32,000 bases of DNA, from the NCBI GenBank assembly GCA_043808785.1, contig JAZDEL010000006.1:1-32000 (forward strand), read 5' to 3'. This document shows positions 23,030 through 30,231 of the stretch, piece by piece. The DNA is from Candidatus Iainarchaeum sp. (lineage in GTDB: Archaea; Iainarchaeota; Iainarchaeia; Iainarchaeales; JAZDEL01). Each line of letters begins with the position of its first letter. Within the stretch, counting starts at the first letter, position 1. Made by a program: the position numbers and the translations under genes. The notes under the pieces are model-generated. The model ran no database searches, had not been told where the DNA came from, and saw nothing but the letters and a program-made list of their open reading frames with translations.

Positions 23030-23980
23030 ATGGGAAAGGAAATCAAGGAAGTCAAGGATTTGCCCGGCGTTGGGCCTGCGGCAGCGGAGAAGCTTTTTTC
23101 AGCGGGATACAAAACGCTTGAGAGCGTTGCGGTTGCTTCGCCTATGGAACTTAAGGAGGCTGCCGCGCTTGGTGACGGGACAGCGGACAAGGCGATAAAG
23201 GCCGCAAGAGAAGCGCTTGAAATGGGATTTGAAAGCGCGGATATACTTGCGGAAAGAAGGAAACTTGTGGGGAAAATCACAACAGGCTCCAAGGAACTTG
23301 ATATACTCATAGGCGGGGGAATTGAAACCCAGAGCATCACGGAAATTTACGGGAAGTTCGCCTCGGGGAAAACGCAGTGGTGCTTCCAGACGTGCGTGAC
23401 AACGCAGATGCCGAAGGATAAGGGCGGCTTGAGCGGGAACGTGCTTTACATAGACAGCGAAAACTCCTTCAGGCCGGAGAGGGTTGTTTCGATTGCAAAG
23501 GCATTGAAGCTGGACCCTGCCAAGGTGCTGAAGAATATTTTCGTGGCGCGCGCATATAACGCGGACCACCAGATGCTGCTCGCGGAAAAGGCGGGGGAAA
23601 TGGTAAAGGAGAAAAACATCAAGCTTGTGATTGTCGACTCCCTTACCTCGCAGTTCAGGTCGGAGTTTATAGGCAGGGGCATGCTCGCGGACAGGCAGCA
23701 GAGGCTGAACAAGCATATGAGGGCGCTGCAGAAACTTGCGGAAATGAACAATATTGCCGTGCTGGTAACGAACCAGGTTATGGAGAGGCCCGACATATTG
23801 TTCGGCGACCCTACTGCCCCTATAGGGGGGAATGTCGTGGCGCACGCGTCAAAGACAAGGCTTTACCTCAGGAAGAGCAAGGAGGACAAGAGGGTTGCGA
23901 AGCTTGTGGATTCGCCCTCACTGCCCGACGGGGAGGCGATATACAGGGTCACGGAGAACGGGATAGAGGATGCGGAATAG
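23030..23980 (+). CDS. radA: DNA repair and recombination protein RadA
   Basis: GGGAGGTG lies upstream of the start. The product has an N-terminal HhH (KDLPGVGPAAAEKL), Walker A (GKFASGKTQ), Walker B (LVIVDS) and the motif VLVTNQV. The TTG at 22949 is rejected as the start. Confidence 0.95.
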   Translation: MGKEIKEVKDLPGVGPAAAEKLFSAGYKTLESVAVASPMELKEAAALGDGTADKAIKAAREALEMGFESADILAERRKLVGKITTGSKELDILIGGGIETQSITEIYGKFASGKTQWCFQTCVTTQMPKDKGGLSGNVLYIDSENSFRPERVVSIAKALKLDPAKVLKNIFVARAYNADHQMLLAEKAGEMVKEKNIKLVIVDSLTSQFRSEFIGRGMLADRQQRLNKHMRALQKLAEMNNIAVLVTNQVMERPDILFGDPTAPIGGNVVAHASKTRLYLRKSKEDKRVAKLVDSPSLPDGEAIYRVTENGIEDAE

Positions 23981-24095
23981 GGGGGCAAAACGGCACATGG
24001 CGGGCGGCAACTGAGCGGGCAAAGGAAAATGAGGAAAGTGCACGGCATTGCCGCGGTTAGCCGCGGTGCAACCGCAGGGTTCGGGAGGTGACTGA

Positions 24096-24176
24096 ATGAA
24101 ACGCACAGAAAAGGAGCAAAAGTTCGACACGGAGAAGAAGCAGCGCATGGGCATGGGAAGGGACGGGAGGAAGTGA
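24096..24176 (+). CDS. Possible 26-aa charged micro-ORF behind a strong SD
   Basis: GGGAGGTGA at 24083-24091 lies 4 nt before the ATG. The product reads MKRTEKEQKFDTEKKQRMGMGRDGRK. There is no other support. Confidence 0.2.
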   Translation: MKRTEKEQKFDTEKKQRMGMGRDGRK

Positions 24177-24219
24177 AACTGCTTGCTCCATGCCTGCGTA
24201 TGGGCGGCATGGCGATAGG

Positions 24220-24226
24220 TTTAAAA
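24220..24226 (+). promoter_or_regulatory. TATA-box-like element upstream of the MNT gene
   Basis: TTTAAAA lies 22 nt upstream of the TTG 24248 start. Confidence 0.4.
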
Positions 24227-24247
24227 GTTGATTTATCAACTATATAG

Positions 24248-24889
24248 TTGGAAAATCAACAGGTGATTTGCTTGCTTGGCGAAGCCGAACTTAGGATATT
24301 GTCGGCCTTCTTCCCGGAAGGGGCTGAGAGGACAACCAAGGAGATAGAAGGGCGCTCAGGCTATTCCCACGAGCGCGTACACTCTATGCTTAACACCTTA
24401 GAGGGAAAGGAAATCCTGTCCAGGAGGAGCGTGGGGAAGGCGCTTGTTTATTCCATCAGGAGATACGGCGACCCTGCATATCTTGCATTCACTTATTATT
24501 CCATAAACAGGAAGGGTGCTTTCATTAAAAAACATCCACAGGCATGGAGGGCTGTGGAAGAATTTATGGGCAAAGCAGAGCCCGAACTGGCTGTCCTGTT
24601 CGGCAGCTATTCAAAGGGCGGGGCAAATGCGGGGAGCGACATTGACATGCTCTGCATTTGCGGGAACCGGAAGGCGGAAAAAATCGCCCTGTCGCTGAGG
24701 CATAAATACAACCTGAAAATAAGCCCCGTTATTGTCAGCAAAGAAGAATTCAGGAACATAAGGGCGGACAACCCCGAACTATGGGGGGAAATTGTAAGGT
24801 TCGGGGTTGTGCTGAAAGGGCAGGAACTGTTTTACGATTTGGTTTATCCGTTTACTCTGCAGTACCTGCGGCAGCCAGCGGGGGATTAG
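24248..24889 (+). CDS. Winged-helix plus minimal nucleotidyltransferase (MNT) domain protein (antitoxin-like partner of HEPN)
   Basis: The N-terminal wHTH reads LRILSAFFPEGAERTTKEIEGRSGYSHERVHSMLNTLEGKEIL. The MNT signature is GSYSKGGANAGSDIDML. The exact start (TTG 24248) is uncertain. Confidence 0.8.
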   Translation: MENQQVICLLGEAELRILSAFFPEGAERTTKEIEGRSGYSHERVHSMLNTLEGKEILSRRSVGKALVYSIRRYGDPAYLAFTYYSINRKGAFIKKHPQAWRAVEEFMGKAEPELAVLFGSYSKGGANAGSDIDMLCICGNRKAEKIALSLRHKYNLKISPVIVSKEEFRNIRADNPELWGEIVRFGVVLKGQELFYDLVYPFTLQYLRQPAGD

Positions 24890-24997
24890 ATGGAAAAAGA
24901 CGTTTCCAAGTTCATCAATGAGGGCTTGCTGGCAAAAACGCCGTTCATACAAAGGCTGGTGCCGAGATTCATTGGAAGGCGAAGGACAACCTCGTAA
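24890..24997 (+). pseudogene. Detached N-terminal segment of the HEPN gene (35 codons, out of frame with 25000..25431)
   Basis: The ATG directly abuts the MNT stop (TAGATG). MEKDVSKFINEGLLAKTPF... resembles the usual N-terminus of MNT-associated HEPN proteins. The downstream frame is open from 24922 and reads ...AEIHWKAKDNLVTMSILFG. A single -1 shift near 24959-24963 would join the two pieces. Confidence 0.5.
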
Positions 24998-24999
24998 CA

Positions 25000-25431
25000 A
25001 TGAGCATACTTTTTGGCATCCACGGCAACAAGGATGCGAGAAGCGCATTGGATGTGCCCGAAGATTACGACTCAAGCGAATGGGTTGCTGTCTGCGCTTA
25101 TTATGCGATGTACATGGCAGCCTCTGCCGCGCTTGCGAGGGTGAATTACAGGAGCAAAAACCATTCCGCGACTGTCCTTGCGCTTGAAACGTTTTTTGTG
25201 GATAAGCAGTTGCTGGAGAAAAAGTATGTTGAGATTATTGAGAAAGCCCAGCTTGAGAAAGACTATGTTGACGGCCTGAACCTTGCAAGAAACAAAAGGG
25301 AAATCGCACAATACAGCGTCACGAAGGAAACAACGAGGAAAATCGCCGTGGAACTGAAGGATGATGCATACAAATTTGTGGAACGGGTGGAAAGGCTTAT
25401 CCACGAATTGGATGAGGCTGCGGAGGCGTGA
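25000..25431 (+). CDS. HEPN-domain protein (toxin-like partner of MNT); major open segment
   Basis: The 143-aa all-helical product contains WVAVCAYYAMYMAASAALA...NHSATVLALE...LARNKREIAQY. It sits immediately downstream of an MNT gene. I could not see a canonical Rx4-6H motif. Confidence 0.7.
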   Translation: MSILFGIHGNKDARSALDVPEDYDSSEWVAVCAYYAMYMAASAALARVNYRSKNHSATVLALETFFVDKQLLEKKYVEIIEKAQLEKDYVDGLNLARNKREIAQYSVTKETTRKIAVELKDDAYKFVERVERLIHELDEAAEA

Positions 25432-25498
25432 CCTCCTGCGCGGTGAAATCGGCTCGGCATTGTGGGCGTGAAATCTGCTGCAAAAATATCGCCCCTAC

Positions 25499-25533
25499 TT
25501 ACCTGCGGGTTTTATATATTACCTGCGGGTTTT
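25499..25533 (+). repeat. 15-bp direct repeat (TTACCTGCGGGTTTT x2, 20-bp period) spanning a TATA-like ATATA spacer
   Basis: The copies at 25499-25513 and 25519-25533 are identical. They lie 30-60 nt upstream of the micro-ORF at 25563. Confidence 0.85.
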
Positions 25534-25562
25534 GCAGGTTAAAATTTTTGGAGGCGATAACA

Positions 25563-25706
25563 ATGGGGAAACCTATCATCAAACTAAAGATAACGGGGAC
25601 AGGGCAAAACAAATCGAGTGCGTTTTGGGGGCCTAAGGGCGGGCCTAAAGGGCTTAAAGGGTCATCGTGGTTAGATATTAAACCCAAGCCAAAGATTAAA
25701 AAATGA
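25563..25706 (+). CDS. Possible 47-aa basic micro-protein
   Basis: GGAGG at 25550-25554 lies 8 nt before the ATG. The product reads MGKPIIKLKITGTGQNKSSAFWGPKGGPKGLKGSSWLDIKPKPKIKK. The patch is AT-rich, and I recognise no family. Confidence 0.4.
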   Translation: MGKPIIKLKITGTGQNKSSAFWGPKGGPKGLKGSSWLDIKPKPKIKK

Positions 25707-25778
25707 ATTAATGGAATTGGCTCTCACCCGGCATTTGCAAACCGTGCCAATGCACTTGCCTGTAGGCGGACTGCACCA

Positions 25779-26240
25779 TCACACTTGCGCCTGCGAAATT
25801 TCCTCGAGGCGCCACTCGAAGGAGGCGTCCTTATCGAGCACATAGGAACTTATGCCCTGCATTGCGTAGTTCCCATCGGAGTAGAGCGCCCAGTATTCGC
25901 CCTCCCCCGCGCTGATGCCGTTTATTGAAGTTACCATCGCGCCGAACGCGTACTCCTTATATTCGACCTCGAACATCTGCTTCATTGCGTCAAAGGCGTT
26001 TGTGCCCGCGGGGAAGAGCGCGCTTTTCAGGAACAGGGTTTCCGAACCTGAAACGACCTTGAATGTGACGCTGTATTGCTGTGCGCTGCCTGCGGTGCCT
26101 TGGGCAGCAAGGGAGTTGCCATCTCCTGCAACCAGCTCTGCCGGCGCCGCAATATTACCGTTTCCCGCCTGACTTGTACACCCGAACAGTAGTGCGAGTG
26201 CCAGCAGCAACACGGGTAATACTTGCAATTTTGAGTTCAT
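25779..26240 (-). CDS. DUF4430-type (transcobalamin-like) lipoprotein
   Basis: GGAGGTGA lies 5 nt upstream of ATG 26240. The signal peptide has a lipobox-like LLFGC. The C-terminal pattern is GAMVTSINGISAGEGEYWALYSDGNYAMQGISSYVLDKDASFEWR. Confidence 0.75.
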   Translation of the reverse strand: MNSKLQVLPVLLLALALLFGCTSQAGNGNIAAPAELVAGDGNSLAAQGTAGSAQQYSVTFKVVSGSETLFLKSALFPAGTNAFDAMKQMFEVEYKEYAFGAMVTSINGISAGEGEYWALYSDGNYAMQGISSYVLDKDASFEWRLEEISQAQV

Positions 26241-26985
26241 CCTTTTCACCTCCGAGTTTCAAAAGCGGCTTCAGCAGGATTGCGAAGCCTGTGTTTGAAA
26301 TTATGTGGATGAGCGAGAAAGGCAGGGAGGTTAGGAAATAAAGCGGGATTGAAAGAACGCCTATGAAAAGGCCTATTCCCATAAGCGGCCCTGAGAGGTT
26401 CATCAGGATTTCGAAAATTACAGTGCCTGCAATGCTTGCAAGGATGAGGGTTTTGCCGGAGCGCGGGGCGATTTTTCCCGCTGCGCCGCCGAGTGCGCCC
26501 GCGAGCGCTGCTCCGAGCGCCTGAAACAGTGTCCACGGGCCCTGCAGGCCCCAGACAAAGAAATTTGAAATCAGATATGCCGAACCGCCGAGGGTAAAGC
26601 CCTCGCGCATGCCGAAGAGCATTCCTGCGAGAACCGCAAAAGGAATTATGGGCTCGACAGAGGGAACGAACTGCAGAGCAACCCTGCCCGCAACTGCGGC
26701 GGAAAGCATGCCGAGGAAAATTGTCAGTTTCCTGGAGTCCTGCCTCAGCCTTGCGCTGTTGAGGAAATCTGAAAGATGCTCGGCAGCGGTGCCTTGTGTT
26801 TCTTTCGCCAGCCTTTCTTTCCCAAAGAAAGGCTGTTCGCGCAGCCATTCAACAGGGCTTTGCTTCTTTTCCTGAAGCAAAACCTGGCGCTGGAAAACCC
26901 CGCCACGGGCGCCCCTGCCCTGCACCCCTGCGCCAGGCAAACCACTGCCCTGCGTGCCCCTGCCCCGTGCCCCGCTGCCCTGCAT
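26155..26985 (-). CDS. ECF-transporter S-component-like polytopic membrane protein with a Gly/Arg-rich N-terminal repeat
   Basis: ATG 26985 has a minus-strand TTATAAAT box 30 nt upstream. The product has about six hydrophobic helices (MLSAAVAGRVALQFVP..., AYLISNFFVWGLQGPW..., ILASIAGTVIFEILMNL...). The family call is tentative. The 3' end overlaps the next gene by 86 nt. Confidence 0.55.
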   Translation of the reverse strand: MQGSGARGRGTQGSGLPGAGVQGRGARGGVFQRQVLLQEKKQSPVEWLREQPFFGKERLAKETQGTAAEHLSDFLNSARLRQDSRKLTIFLGMLSAAVAGRVALQFVPSVEPIIPFAVLAGMLFGMREGFTLGGSAYLISNFFVWGLQGPWTLFQALGAALAGALGGAAGKIAPRSGKTLILASIAGTVIFEILMNLSGPLMGIGLFIGVLSIPLYFLTSLPFSLIHIISNTGFAILLKPLLKLGGEKDELKIASITRVAAGTRTTVRVYKSGGKR

Positions 26986-27025
26986 AAAACCACATAACCA
27001 TATTGCCGCATGGAATTTATAACGG

Positions 27026-27616
27026 TTATGCCTTATTCTCCACGAAAAGCGTGAATATCGGGCGCTTAAATGCCCTGAATAACAGGAAAACGGGGGCACA
27101 GGATGCGAGGGTCATTGCAACAGTTGCCGCAGCCATGAATGGCTCGGAACCCTGCGGAAGGGGCGGGTGCAGGGCAAGCGCATAATCCGCAAAATCATTA
27201 AGGAGAAGCCATGCGAGCGCGATTGCGGGGCATGATTTGCTTACGGCAACCCTGCCCGCGAAGAGCATGGGCTCGGCAAGAAGGCCCAGGTGCGCAATCA
27301 GGAGCGAGAAATACAGCAGCGCTGCAGCGGGCGCAAAGTAGAACTGCGGGAAATACAGCAGAACAAAAATCGTCCAGATGCCGTATTTCACCGCGCCGGC
27401 GGAAACGAGGAAAAGGAACCACTGCGGGTTCCTTCCCGCACGCAGGAGAAGCAGGCAGGCTGCAAATAGGAGGGCATAGAGCGGGCAATCGGCAACAAAA
27501 ACCCAGAGGAGGGGATTTGTTGAAGAGAGCTGTGTGCCGTAGAAAAACAAAAATCCGTAGGCTGCGCCTATCAGGTTGGCCGCAAGCACGAGCCAGAACA
27601 GGGGTTTTGCTTTCAT
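27026..27616 (-). CDS. DUF1405-family integral membrane protein
   Basis: The 196-aa product has multiple TM helices. The N-terminal pattern WLVLAANLIGAAYGFLFFYGTQL...VADCPLYALLF is typical of DUF1405, as far as I recall. Confidence 0.6.
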   Translation of the reverse strand: MKAKPLFWLVLAANLIGAAYGFLFFYGTQLSSTNPLLWVFVADCPLYALLFAACLLLLRAGRNPQWFLFLVSAGAVKYGIWTIFVLLYFPQFYFAPAAALLYFSLLIAHLGLLAEPMLFAGRVAVSKSCPAIALAWLLLNDFADYALALHPPLPQGSEPFMAAATVAMTLASCAPVFLLFRAFKRPIFTLFVENKA

Positions 27617-28056
27617 TCTTTTTCCTTCCTGAGTTCGCGTGCGGGAACGCCACCAACAAATGAACCCGCACTGACATCATTGTTCACAAGGGAGCAGGCG
27701 GAAACAACCGCATTGTCGCCGATTTCTATGCCCGCGAGGATTGTGGAATTTGCGCCTATGAGCGCGTTCTTCCCTATAACGACCGCGCCGGTGCGGTATT
27801 CCTTAAGCAGGAACTCGTGTGCGAGGATGGTTGCATTATAGCCTATGGTGCAGTTATCCCCGAGGGTTATGAGTTCTGGGAAGAAAATGTCGAACATCGC
27901 CCCGAGGCCTATTGAAACATCGCCGCCTATTTTCATCCCCGTGAGCCTGAGAAGGGAGCGCTTAAGCGCAAGGCTGGGGAGGATTTTTGAAACCGAAATC
28001 GCGAGGAAATTAAAGGAAACAATAAGCGGGTTCTTGGCCCTGTGCCATGAAAGCAT
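27613..28056 (-). CDS. Left-handed beta-helix (hexapeptide-repeat) acyl/acetyltransferase
   Basis: Hexapeptide repeats are present (IGGDVSIGLGAMF, LGDNCTIGYNATI, IGKNALIGANSTILAGIEIGDNAVV). The start is set at ATG 28056. The stop overlaps the DUF1405 start (ATGA). Confidence 0.8.
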   Translation of the reverse strand: MLSWHRAKNPLIVSFNFLAISVSKILPSLALKRSLLRLTGMKIGGDVSIGLGAMFDIFFPELITLGDNCTIGYNATILAHEFLLKEYRTGAVVIGKNALIGANSTILAGIEIGDNAVVSACSLVNNDVSAGSFVGGVPARELRKEKE

Positions 28057-28151
28057 CGAGTTGCCGCCCTGCGCGGGATGAGAGCTAAGGCGCCTCAAGG
28101 TGTTCCACCCCCTGCGGCGGGCGCGGCTGCTACGGCCCCCTTCAAAAACAT

Positions 28152-28343
28152 TCACCCGCCGGTTACCTTTATGCACTGCACGGGGCAGGAATCTGCGGCC
28201 TGCTTGTTGCAGCCGGCTTCATTCAGCGTTGTCTTTTTGGGCTTGGATTTCGCGCCCCTCATTTCCCAGTTATCGGGGCAGACTGCTGCGCAGCTGCCGC
28301 AGCCTATGCACGCCTTAACGTCGTGGACTATTTTCACAGCCAT
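28152..28343 (-). CDS. Small single-cluster [4Fe-4S] ferredoxin (Pyrococcus-type layout)
   Basis: The 63-aa product has CIGCGSCAAVCP plus a distal CP (SCPVQC). GGAGG lies upstream of the start. The ATG lies 29 nt inside the fumarase beta 3' end. Confidence 0.8.
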   Translation of the reverse strand: MAVKIVHDVKACIGCGSCAAVCPDNWEMRGAKSKPKKTTLNEAGCNKQAADSCPVQCIKVTGG

Positions 28344-28944
28344 CCGATATCGCCTCCTTATAGATTTCCTTGCTGTGCTTAATAACCTTTTCATGGATGC
28401 TTCCGCCGTGCGTGTCCGCGGTAACGAGCGCGGGGAACGCATCAACACGCAAAACCCAGATTGCCTCGGGCATGCCGAACTGAGGAAGCATGTAAACCTT
28501 TTCCACAAGCGTGACGCGGTTTGCAAGTAGTGCGGCAGCGCCGCCGATTGCGGAAAGGTATGGCACGCCGAGGGCACCCATCCCCCCCTTGCCCATCACG
28601 GCGCTTATCCCGTAGCGCTTTATCAGGCGCGGGGCGTACATGCCGAACCTTGCGCTTGTGGTTGGGCCCGCGGCAATCACACGGAACCTGCCGCCTTCTT
28701 TTTTCACGATTGGGCCGCAGTGGTAGAGGATGCCGCAGTGCAGCAATTCCCCGAGCCCTGCGGGAACCTTTTCAGAAAGCAAAAATTCGTGCGCGCGGTC
28801 CCTTGCTGTGACAAGAGTGCCTGAAATGCTGACGAACTGCCCGGCACGCAGCGAGGCTGCCGATTCTTTTGCAAGCGGGGAGGTTATGTGCAGGGTGCCC
28901 AGTGCGGCATGCGGCACCTCGTGCAGGGTGGCGGGCTTATTCAT
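28315..28944 (-). CDS. Class I fumarate hydratase (or tartrate dehydratase) beta subunit
   Basis: The product contains GTLVTARDRAHEFL, LYHCGPIV, AAGPTTSARF and SAVMGKGGMG. The start overlaps the alpha-subunit stop by 8 nt. Confidence 0.88.
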   Translation of the reverse strand: MNKPATLHEVPHAALGTLHITSPLAKESAASLRAGQFVSISGTLVTARDRAHEFLLSEKVPAGLGELLHCGILYHCGPIVKKEGGRFRVIAAGPTTSARFGMYAPRLIKRYGISAVMGKGGMGALGVPYLSAIGGAAALLANRVTLVEKVYMLPQFGMPEAIWVLRVDAFPALVTADTHGGSIHEKVIKHSKEIYKEAISDGCENSPRR

Positions 28945-29842
28945 ATTTGGCTTCCCCCCCGGCGTAAGTCATGCTTCTCCTTCTCAAAGCCCAGCAGGAG
29001 AATGAAATATCCACAAAGTAAGAGGCGGGGTGGCGGGCAAGCGCGGAAGCGTGAACCGCAAGCAGGGTGTTTTTTCCGCCGAGGCCTGCCGGGCCAATCC
29101 CGAGGGAATTTGATTTTGAAAGTATGCCGCGTTCGAGTTCTGCCAGGCGCGGATTTTTGCTGCGCTTACCCAGGCGCCTGAGCAGTTGCGCCTTTGATTC
29201 GAGCGCAACGGCGCCCCTTGAGCCACCTATCGCCACGCCCGCAACCATCGGCGGGCAGCCTTTCCCCTGTGCGCGAAAAACCGCGTCAAGAACGCATTTT
29301 TCAACGCCGCACAAATCGCGTGCGGCATTCAGCGAGGCATCAGGAAGGGCATAGCAGCGCCCTATGTTCTCGCTGCCCGCGCCCTTCATAAGGAGGGCAA
29401 ACCGAATGGCGGGGCGGTTCCATTCCGAAATGTGGATTTCGGGCGTGCCTTTGCCTGTGCCGCTGCCCGTGTTTTTTCCGCTTATGCTCTCAACTGCATT
29501 CGGCCTGAGCGGGATTTTTTTTGCTGCAACCGAGGTTGCGCGCAGGATTGCACGTTCTATTTCCGCATGGCTTTTGCCGCGGGGGGCGCTGACATAAAAA
29601 ACCGGCGCACCCGTATCCTGGCAAAGCGGAATTGAGCGCTCCCTTGCGATTTTTATGTTTTCGAGGATTGAATCGAGGGCGAAACGCGCGGGGGAGCCGT
29701 GCAATTCGATTTTGCCGGCATGCCTCAGCGCTTCCTCCACATCGGAAGGGAGGCTTGTCGAGGCAAGCCTGTAAAGCCCAAAAAGCGCATGCGAAAGGTT
29801 CACGCAACCACGACAGAATATGAACCGATTATTTTTTAGCAT
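28937..29842 (-). CDS. Class I fumarate hydratase (or tartrate dehydratase) alpha subunit
   Basis: The product contains PLCQDTGAPVFYV, LRPNAV, KGAGSENIG, CPPMVAGVAIGG and GIGPAGLGGKNT. The start is set at ATG 29842 (MLKNNRF). Confidence 0.88.
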   Translation of the reverse strand: MLKNNRFIFCRGCVNLSHALFGLYRLASTSLPSDVEEALRHAGKIELHGSPARFALDSILENIKIARERSIPLCQDTGAPVFYVSAPRGKSHAEIERAILRATSVAAKKIPLRPNAVESISGKNTGSGTGKGTPEIHISEWNRPAIRFALLMKGAGSENIGRCYALPDASLNAARDLCGVEKCVLDAVFRAQGKGCPPMVAGVAIGGSRGAVALESKAQLLRRLGKRSKNPRLAELERGILSKSNSLGIGPAGLGGKNTLLAVHASALARHPASYFVDISFSCWALRRRSMTYAGGEAKYE

Positions 29843-29874
29843 CGAGGTTTCACGCGGGGCGGAATATGGGCGCA

Positions 29875-30129
29875 TTATTTTTTAGCGCCAAGCGCCGCAA
29901 TTATGGCTTCCCTGTTGAAGCCGACTATGATTTTGCCGTTTATCTCGAGCACCGGGACGCCCGACTGCCCGCTCTTTTTCATCATTTCCCTGAGGCGCTC
30001 CTGGCTTTCGGAAACGTCGAAGTCCTCGAACTTCACGTTACGCTCCTTAAGGAAGTCCTTTGCCATGTGGCAGTAGGGGCAGTACGGGGAGGAATAAACG
30101 TTTACCGATGCGGATTTTGCTGCGGACAT
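29875..30129 (-). CDS. Glutaredoxin-like protein (CPYC active site)
   Basis: The product contains VNVYSSPYCPYCHMAKDFL...GVPVLEINGKIIVGF. GGAGG lies 7 nt upstream of ATG 30129 but only 1 nt upstream of ATG 30135. Confidence 0.88.
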   Translation of the reverse strand: MSAAKSASVNVYSSPYCPYCHMAKDFLKERNVKFEDFDVSESQERLREMMKKSGQSGVPVLEINGKIIVGFNREAIIAALGAKK

Positions 30130-30231
30130 TTTCATGCCTCCTTTGAAATGCTTGGTTGCGCAGGCGGTTTAAGCAGCCGCCTGCGCGCGCAAAATTACGT
30201 TCCCTGCTGCTTGTGCCGCCGCTGATTGCGG

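Noticed and set aside
24050-24095. tRNA-like GGTTCGGG string and CCGCGG repeats downstream of radA
   Set aside because: No complementary T-stem, acceptor stem or anticodon arm can be drawn. I found no cloverleaf candidate anywhere in the window.
25499-25533. CRISPR-like appearance of the closely spaced direct repeats
   Set aside because: There are only two 15-bp copies separated by 5 bp. There are no spacers and no cas genes anywhere in the window.
26986-27099. The upstream part of ORF 26155..27099 and the other alternative-start extensions in the track (435, 7516, 8290, 10556, 12641, 14060, 14856, 19023, 26249, 28176, 28577, 29875, 31326, 31407)
   Set aside because: These extensions overlap the preceding gene or lack homology to the family N-terminus. 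In each case an internal ATG with an SD or TATA signal fits better.
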